This document shows, piece after piece, positions 59,091-64,000 of a DNA stretch of 64,000 nucleotides; within the stretch, counting starts at the first letter, position 1; each line of letters opens with the position of its first letter. The notes beneath the pieces were generated by a model, which did not search any database, was not told the DNA's origin, and worked only from the letters and a program-made list of their open reading frames with translations. The stretch spans positions 1,728,001-1,792,000 of the forward strand of contig OZ224045.1 in NCBI GenBank assembly GCA_963665325.3, given 5' to 3'. Position numbers and translations under genes: made by a program. Source of the stretch: Alphaproteobacteria bacterium (lineage in GTDB: Bacteria; Pseudomonadota; Alphaproteobacteria; Bin95).

Positions 59091-60212
59091 ATGGCGAATG
59101 TCCGCCTCAACGAGAGCCGGATCGAGGCTCTCAGGCCCCGCAGGTCGCCCTACGATGTCCGCGATGCAGAGCTGAGAGGCTTCGGCGTCCGCGTCCTGCC
59201 CACGGGCGCCAGGCGGTTCTTCATCCACAGCCAGCATGAGGGCCGGCGTATCTGGAAGACCGTCGGCGACGCTGCCGGCATGGACCTGGAGGAGGCCCGC
59301 CGGCGCGCCACCGAACTGCTGGCCGCCATCCGCCGCGACGAGACGCCGGCGCTTGCCGAAGACAGGCTCTTCGAGACTGTGGCCGACGAGGTCTTCGCCC
59401 GCTACGGGCGGCACTGGAAGCCCGGCACCATGAAGGTCAACCGCAACTATCTCCGCAACACGATCCTTCCCCGGTTCCGGGGACGGAACATCGCCGATAT
59501 CCATCGGCAGGACGTGCAGCGCTGGTTCGCCTCCCTGCACGCCACGCCCGTGGCGGCCGACCGGTCCGCGCCTATCCTTTCCGTCATCATGCGACAGGCC
59601 GAGCTCTACGGTTACCGACCGGAAGGCAGCAATCCCTGCACCGGCATCCGCCGCTACCGGCGCAAGGGACGCGAACGCTTCCTGTCGGAGCCTGAGCTTC
59701 ACCGTCTCGCGCGGGTTCTCGACAGCCATGAGGAGCGCCGTCCATGCAAGGCGGCGTTCATCCGTCTGCTGCTGCTCACCGGCTGCCGCAAGAGCGAGAT
59801 AGCGACCCTCCAGTGGTCCGACTACCGGGAGGGCCGCCTGTTCCTGCGCGACGGCAAGGCGGGGCCCCGGACCGTGTGGCTGTCCTCGCCCGCACGCCAT
59901 GTCCTGGAAGGATTGCCGAGGCAGGGCAAATGGGTCTTCCCCTCGCCGCAGCGCCGGGGGCCGCTCTCCACGGCGATCTTCGAGGCCTTCTGGCACCGGG
60001 TCCGGGAGGAAGCGGAGATTGCCGATGTTCGCCTCCACGATTGCCGTCATACATACGCCAGCATCGCGATCATGCAGGGCGAGAGCGTCACGACGACCGG
60101 GCGGCTGCTCGGCCACAACGATGCGCGAACCACGCTGAAATACACGCACCTGTCCGACCGTTCGGTGCGCGAGGCAACCGATGCCCTCGCCGCCATTCTC
60201 GGGGAGGGCTGA
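59091..60212 (+). CDS. Tyrosine integrase with N-terminal arm-DNA-binding domain (copy 1)
   Basis: RBS AGGAGG; GFGVRVLPTG arm domain; TGCRKSE, DGK, LHDCRH, LLGH, TLKY. Confidence 0.93.
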   Translation: MANVRLNESRIEALRPRRSPYDVRDAELRGFGVRVLPTGARRFFIHSQHEGRRIWKTVGDAAGMDLEEARRRATELLAAIRRDETPALAEDRLFETVADEVFARYGRHWKPGTMKVNRNYLRNTILPRFRGRNIADIHRQDVQRWFASLHATPVAADRSAPILSVIMRQAELYGYRPEGSNPCTGIRRYRRKGRERFLSEPELHRLARVLDSHEERRPCKAAFIRLLLLTGCRKSEIATLQWSDYREGRLFLRDGKAGPRTVWLSSPARHVLEGLPRQGKWVFPSPQRRGPLSTAIFEAFWHRVREEAEIADVRLHDCRHTYASIAIMQGESVTTTGRLLGHNDARTTLKYTHLSDRSVREATDALAAILGEG

Positions 60213-60215
60213 GCG

Positions 60216-61412
60216 GTGCCGAGACGCAGGAGGCTGACCGACGCCGGTATTGCAAGGCTCCGCCCGGAGGCGCGCGAATACACGGTCCGGGATACGGTCG
60301 TCGCCGGTCTCGGCGTGAGGGTTCGCCCCTCCGGCAGCCGGATCTTCATCTACCATCGCAAGACGGATTGCGGCGTGAAGAAGATGTCCTTCGGTCCGGC
60401 GCGGCTGCGCAAGGTGGAGGAGGTGCGCCGCGCCTGTCTTGCGGTGGCGACGGTCGAGGCGGATGAGGGTGAGCGCAAGGCCGCACCGCTGTTCCGGGAT
60501 TTCATCGCCGGGCCCTGGAAAACGGCCCGTCTGGACCGCTGCAAGCCCTCCACGCAACAGAACTACCGCAATCTTCTGAAATACCACCTGCTGCCGGCGT
60601 TCGGCTCCCGGCGCCTCGACCGGATTACCCGCAGCATGGCGCTCGGCTGGTTCGAGAGATGCAGCAGCACCACGCCCGCATACGCCAACCGGGCCTTGGC
60701 CCTGCTCGGACAGATCCTCAACCATGCCATCGCTTGCAGCCATATCGGGACCAATCCGGTGCGCGGCACAAGACGCAATCCCGAGGCCCGGCACACCCGC
60801 TTCCTCGCCCGCGAGGAGATCGCCCGCCTTCACCGCGTCCTCGACCGGTATGCCGAAGGCTTCCGGTCGCAAGCCCGGCAGGCCGATATCGTCCGCCTGC
60901 TGCTGCTCACCGGCTGCCGGAAGAACGAGATCGTTCGTCTCCACAAGGACGAGGCGAAGGGCGACCGGCTGGAACTCAGGGACAGCAAGACGGGGCCGAG
61001 AACCGTCCTGCTGAATGCCCGGGCGCGGGAGGTTGTCGAGCGCCGCATGGCGGAAAGCAACAGCCCCTGGGTATTTCCCTCTGTCCGGGATCCGTCCCGT
61101 CCCCAGGACGACACGTTGCCGCTCTGGTATCGCATCCGGTGCGAGGCCGGCATCGAGGATGTCCGCCTGCACGACCTTCGCCATACGGTAGCCAGCCAGG
61201 CCGTGCTGAACGGCGTTCCCCTGCCGGTTGTCGCCCGACTGCTCGGTCACAGCGACGTGCAGATGACCATGCGCTACGCGCATGTCGGAGACCGCGAGGT
61301 CGAGGCCGCCGCCGAGCGGGTCGGGCAAGTCATCGACACAATCATGAACCGGGGACGCAACTGCTGCCTCAATGGCGGCGATCCCGAGAACCTGTCCGAC
61401 TGCTCTCAGTGA
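60216..61412 (+). CDS. Tyrosine integrase with N-terminal arm-DNA-binding domain (copy 2)
   Basis: GTG 3 nt after int1 stop; GLGVRVRPSG; TGCRKNE, DSK, LHDLRH, LLGH, TMRY. Confidence 0.93.
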   Translation: MPRRRRLTDAGIARLRPEAREYTVRDTVVAGLGVRVRPSGSRIFIYHRKTDCGVKKMSFGPARLRKVEEVRRACLAVATVEADEGERKAAPLFRDFIAGPWKTARLDRCKPSTQQNYRNLLKYHLLPAFGSRRLDRITRSMALGWFERCSSTTPAYANRALALLGQILNHAIACSHIGTNPVRGTRRNPEARHTRFLAREEIARLHRVLDRYAEGFRSQARQADIVRLLLLTGCRKNEIVRLHKDEAKGDRLELRDSKTGPRTVLLNARAREVVERRMAESNSPWVFPSVRDPSRPQDDTLPLWYRIRCEAGIEDVRLHDLRHTVASQAVLNGVPLPVVARLLGHSDVQMTMRYAHVGDREVEAAAERVGQVIDTIMNRGRNCCLNGGDPENLSDCSQ

Positions 61413-61475
61413 TCGGAACACCATCGGTGCGTCAGGTGTGAGAACCACGCGCCGAATGGCAGGCTAGGCACTCCG

Positions 61476-62005
61476 TCAAAAGGTCTTCGAAATTCCAAGT
61501 ATGGCACCATGGTTGCGCCAGGCATTGACGGGGATACCGGACCGGTTCCATTCGTAGAAATATCCGATATACGGGGCGAATCCTTGGAGTTGCAGCGCGG
61601 GGGGAGCAGGTTCACCGAGACGCGCGTCTGCCGGTCCGAGCGCGTCTTTCCGAAGAGGGGGTCGCTGCCGTCGTAGCGCCGCCAATGCATGGCCATTCGA
61701 GGCGAGATGGAGAGGCCGTCTGCGAAGGCATGGGAGACCCCGAAAGCGGAGCCGCCAAGCCGGCTGCCGTGACGGTCCTCGCGGGCATCGACATGTTCGA
61801 GGTCGAGTTCGACTGGGAACGTCATCCGGGAGTCGAGTGCGTAGTCAAGGCCGGGCCGCAGGGTAACGGTCCAGCCGTTCAGCCCGGGATGGTCCGGATC
61901 GCGGCGCTCCGCGCTGAGCGCGGCGTCGAGCCGCAAGGCCGGCAACAGGCGCACGCGGCCGCGCACCCAGGGGCCGATCCCGTCGCTGTAGCACTTGCCG
62001 CCTAG
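61476..62005 (-). pseudogene. Slam (DUF560) outer-membrane translocon C-terminal fragment, frameshifted
   Basis: RRYDGSDPLFGKTRSD then frame change at G6 run 61599-61604 to LQLQGFAPYIGYFYEWNRSGIPVNAWRNH...ISKTF*; no N-terminal part. Confidence 0.75.
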
Positions 62006-62450
62006 CCATCGTCGGCAACGGCTGGCGCAACCCCGTGAAGAAATATTGGTTCGACCACAAGATCGTGGACGGTGTGACGGTCGCTGCGAAGAGCGCCAAC
62101 GAGCGCGAGATCGACCCGGGCAAGCAGGTCGATGCCGCCCGCCAGAAGATCGCCTATTGCCACGCCGACGCCATGCCGCCGCGCCGGCCCGTTACGCCCC
62201 GACACCACCCGCAGGCGGCGAAGACGGGGACGGGGAAGGTGGCGGGCCCGCCGCCAGCCCCTACGGGAAGGGCGGGTGACGTAACCGATCATCGACCGGA
62301 CTCTCGCCGGCCTTGCAACCGGAAAGACCCCGTCAGGCTGGCCCCGGGGTTCAGGTTCGCTGCGCGGAGGTCACGAGATTCGAGGTAACTCGTTCATCGA
62401 TTGCAGGATAGCCTATAGATAGGGCAGGATTGCCTCGGGGGGAAGCGCAA

Positions 62451-63206
62451 ATGGTGGAACATTTTGCCGGCGTGGTCGGCGGGCTCGGGCTGTTTGTCAT
62501 CGGAATGTGGTTCCTCACGGAGAATCTGAAGAAACTGGCGAGCCGGCGGCTGCGTCGAACCGCGCAGCGCCTGACAGGGCATCCCCTGAGCGCCTTCTTC
62601 TGGGGCGGGCTCGCCGGCGGCGCCACCCAGAGCATGACCGGACTGGCCTTTATCGTGGTCAGCATCCTGCGCTCGGGGATGATTACAACGAAGAGCGCAT
62701 TCGCACTCATTCTCGGCGGCGGCGGCGGCGTGACGCTTCTCGTGCTGGTCGTCACCTTCGACGTCAGGATTGTTGCACTGTTCGTGCTCGGCCTTTCCGG
62801 CTTTTGCCTGACCAGCAAGTCCCTGTCGAAATACCGCCGGGCCGCGGCGGCGTTCCTCGGCGGCGCCATGATTGTTTTCGGGCTGACCCTGCTGAAGGAG
62901 TCAGCGGCGCCGCTGGCCGACCAGCCCTGGTTCCGGGATATGATGGCGGGGGCCGGGACTTCGCCGCTGCTTGCGTTCCTGGTCGCGACCGGGCTGACAG
63001 CCGCCGTGCAGTCTTCAAGCACGGTATCCATATTCGGCATCAGCCTTTCCGCTGCCGGGGTCCTCACCATAGACCAGACCATAATGGTCATTTACGGCAC
63101 CTTCATCGGGTCGAGCGCCGTCATGTACATCCTCTCGGCGAACCTGACCGGCCGGTCCCGCCAGGTCTCCATGTATCTGGTGTGCCTGACCTATCAATTT
63201 TCATGA
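62451..63206 (+). pseudogene. Na+/Pi cotransporter family protein, 3'-truncated
   Basis: GGLGLFVIGMWFLTENLK, TQS and VQSSS repeats, GTFIGS; ends abruptly in low-GC DNA without remaining TMs or PhoU domains. Confidence 0.8.
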
Positions 63207-63370
63207 CTATAGGAACACCTTTTGGTTGAAGCGCTGCTTTCCTCGAAGGGTAAGGAACAGTAGGGGATTGCGGGGGTCAATGCAAGTCTCTTGTGTCAAG
63301 ATAATGCTGTAGGTTAATTGGATGTCTTGGGCATTGCACTTGCAAATTGGGGATTTTGTAGGTCTGGACA
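63183..63370. mobile_element. Possible MITE-like low-GC insert
   Basis: Imperfect terminal IR GCCTGACCTATCAATT / TCCAGACCTACAAAAT (rc), 11/16; begins where the Na/Pi gene breaks. Confidence 0.35.
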
Positions 63371-63662
63371 GGAGCACCGCACACGGTGCCGAAAGCACCG
63401 GGTGCGGTGTCTTCGAGTGCTGACCATGGGACCATGGCGCCCGGCATGGTGTCCATCGTGGCGCCCATGGGCGCTGACCGTGGGACCATGATGCAAACAC
63501 GCGGTTTCATGGTAGCGCCCGGGCTTCATGTCGAGGAAGCGCATCGGGTTCCCCTCCGGGTGTCGTGTTGTGGGTGCTGGCCTTGTGGGGTCGCGGATGA
63601 TAATAGACGACACCATGGGGCGCCATGGTGACATGGATACTTCATTGATGCGGTGCTCCTGT
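63368..63662. repeat. IR-bounded CATG-rich repeat region (oriT/iteron-like)
   Basis: 14-bp perfect IR ACAGGAGCACCGCA at 63368-63381/63649-63662; 18-bp direct repeat 63419/63473; palindromes 63461-63474 and 63611-63630. Confidence 0.75.
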
Positions 63663-63716
63663 GTTTCACCAGGAAACAGCCATGTCGATCCTGTGTTTCA
63701 TGGTAGGAGAAAGCTC

Positions 63717-64000
63717 GTGACGGCGAGTGATGGCAGGAAGAGGCCGCGCTCGGTGATGGCGACCGACAGCGACTGGCGCCTGATCCGCAGACGCGCGGAC
63801 AAGGCCGGAATTTCGACATCCGAGTTCCTTGTTGGCCGCGGGCTCGCGCCTGCGGCGGCGGCGGCGGAGAGTGCGGACGACCTGCCCCTTGCCGTGAAGC
63901 GCCGGGCGGCGGTGGACCTGCGCCTCCTGGTGCTGGCCGAGCGACTGCGGTTCGAAGCCGGGGGGCGAGGTGGCGTCTGGCAGCGGCTTGTGGAGGAAGC
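63717..64000 (+). CDS. Ribbon-helix-helix MobC/MobA-like protein (runs off window)
   Basis: RBS AGGAGA, GTG start; RKRPRSVMATDSDWRLIRRRADKAGISTSEFLVGRGL fits the RHH pattern; open to 64000. Confidence 0.6.
   Translation, partial: MTASDGRKRPRSVMATDSDWRLIRRRADKAGISTSEFLVGRGLAPAAAAAESADDLPLAVKRRAAVDLRLLVLAERLRFEAGGRGGVWQRLVEE

Larger units (their letters stand above)
58940..64000. mobile_element. Integrative element/genomic island, left part (extends past window)
   Basis: Two integrases at the edge of the backbone, followed by truncated genes, a repeat-rich region and an RHH mobilisation-like gene; left boundary approximate. Confidence 0.6.

Noticed and set aside
58806-61448. 880-aa minus-strand ORF
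   Set aside because: Antisense shadow of the two integrases, typical of high-GC DNA; no recognisable motifs
61599-61604. G6 tract as a phase-variation switch in Slam
   Set aside because: Tract is short and the gene lacks its 5' part, so switching could not restore function
59043-63344. TGCAAGTGCA / TGCACTTGCA as terminal inverted repeats of the island
   Set aside because: Only 10 bp, does not extend, and the right copy is inside a separate low-GC insert; may be chance
63277-63819. His/Pro/Trp-rich short ORFs in the CATG region
   Set aside because: Composition is a by-product of CCATGG repeats; no family features

Overview
High-GC alphaproteobacterial chromosome segment (Rhodospirillales-like by gene order and protein style; a host-associated, possibly sponge-symbiont lifestyle is inferred only). 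The conserved backbone comprises livMGF, cimA-trmJ, dapF-mtaB-ftsY, panC, rlmI-like, hemB, aspS-rnd-ppx-ppk1, ccmDEFGHI, paaABCDE, a NitT/TauT ABC system and a 5'-nucleotidase. Accessory DNA is interspersed: (i) a 2.2-8.7 kb insertion hotspot with an IS3(IS150-like) nested in an IS3(IS51-like), IS110/IS630/IS1634 remnants, a TbpB-like surface lipoprotein and a divergent RpiR pair; (ii) five type II toxin-antitoxin loci, two of which have lost the toxin but kept the antitoxin; (iii) a ~570-bp structured element with a perfect alphaproteobacterial LexA box; (iv) a 45-bp hairpin tandem array beside an HU gene; (v) from ~58.9 kb an integrative element with two tandem, translationally coupled, apparently catalytically intact arm-binding tyrosine integrases, followed by decayed cargo (Slam, Na/Pi cotransporter) and an inverted-repeat-bounded CATG-rich region before a MobC-like RHH gene. 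The dual-integrase element and the LexA-boxed element are the best candidates for undescribed systems. No rRNA, tRNA or CRISPR array was seen. All calls come from reading the sequence by eye; no searches were run.
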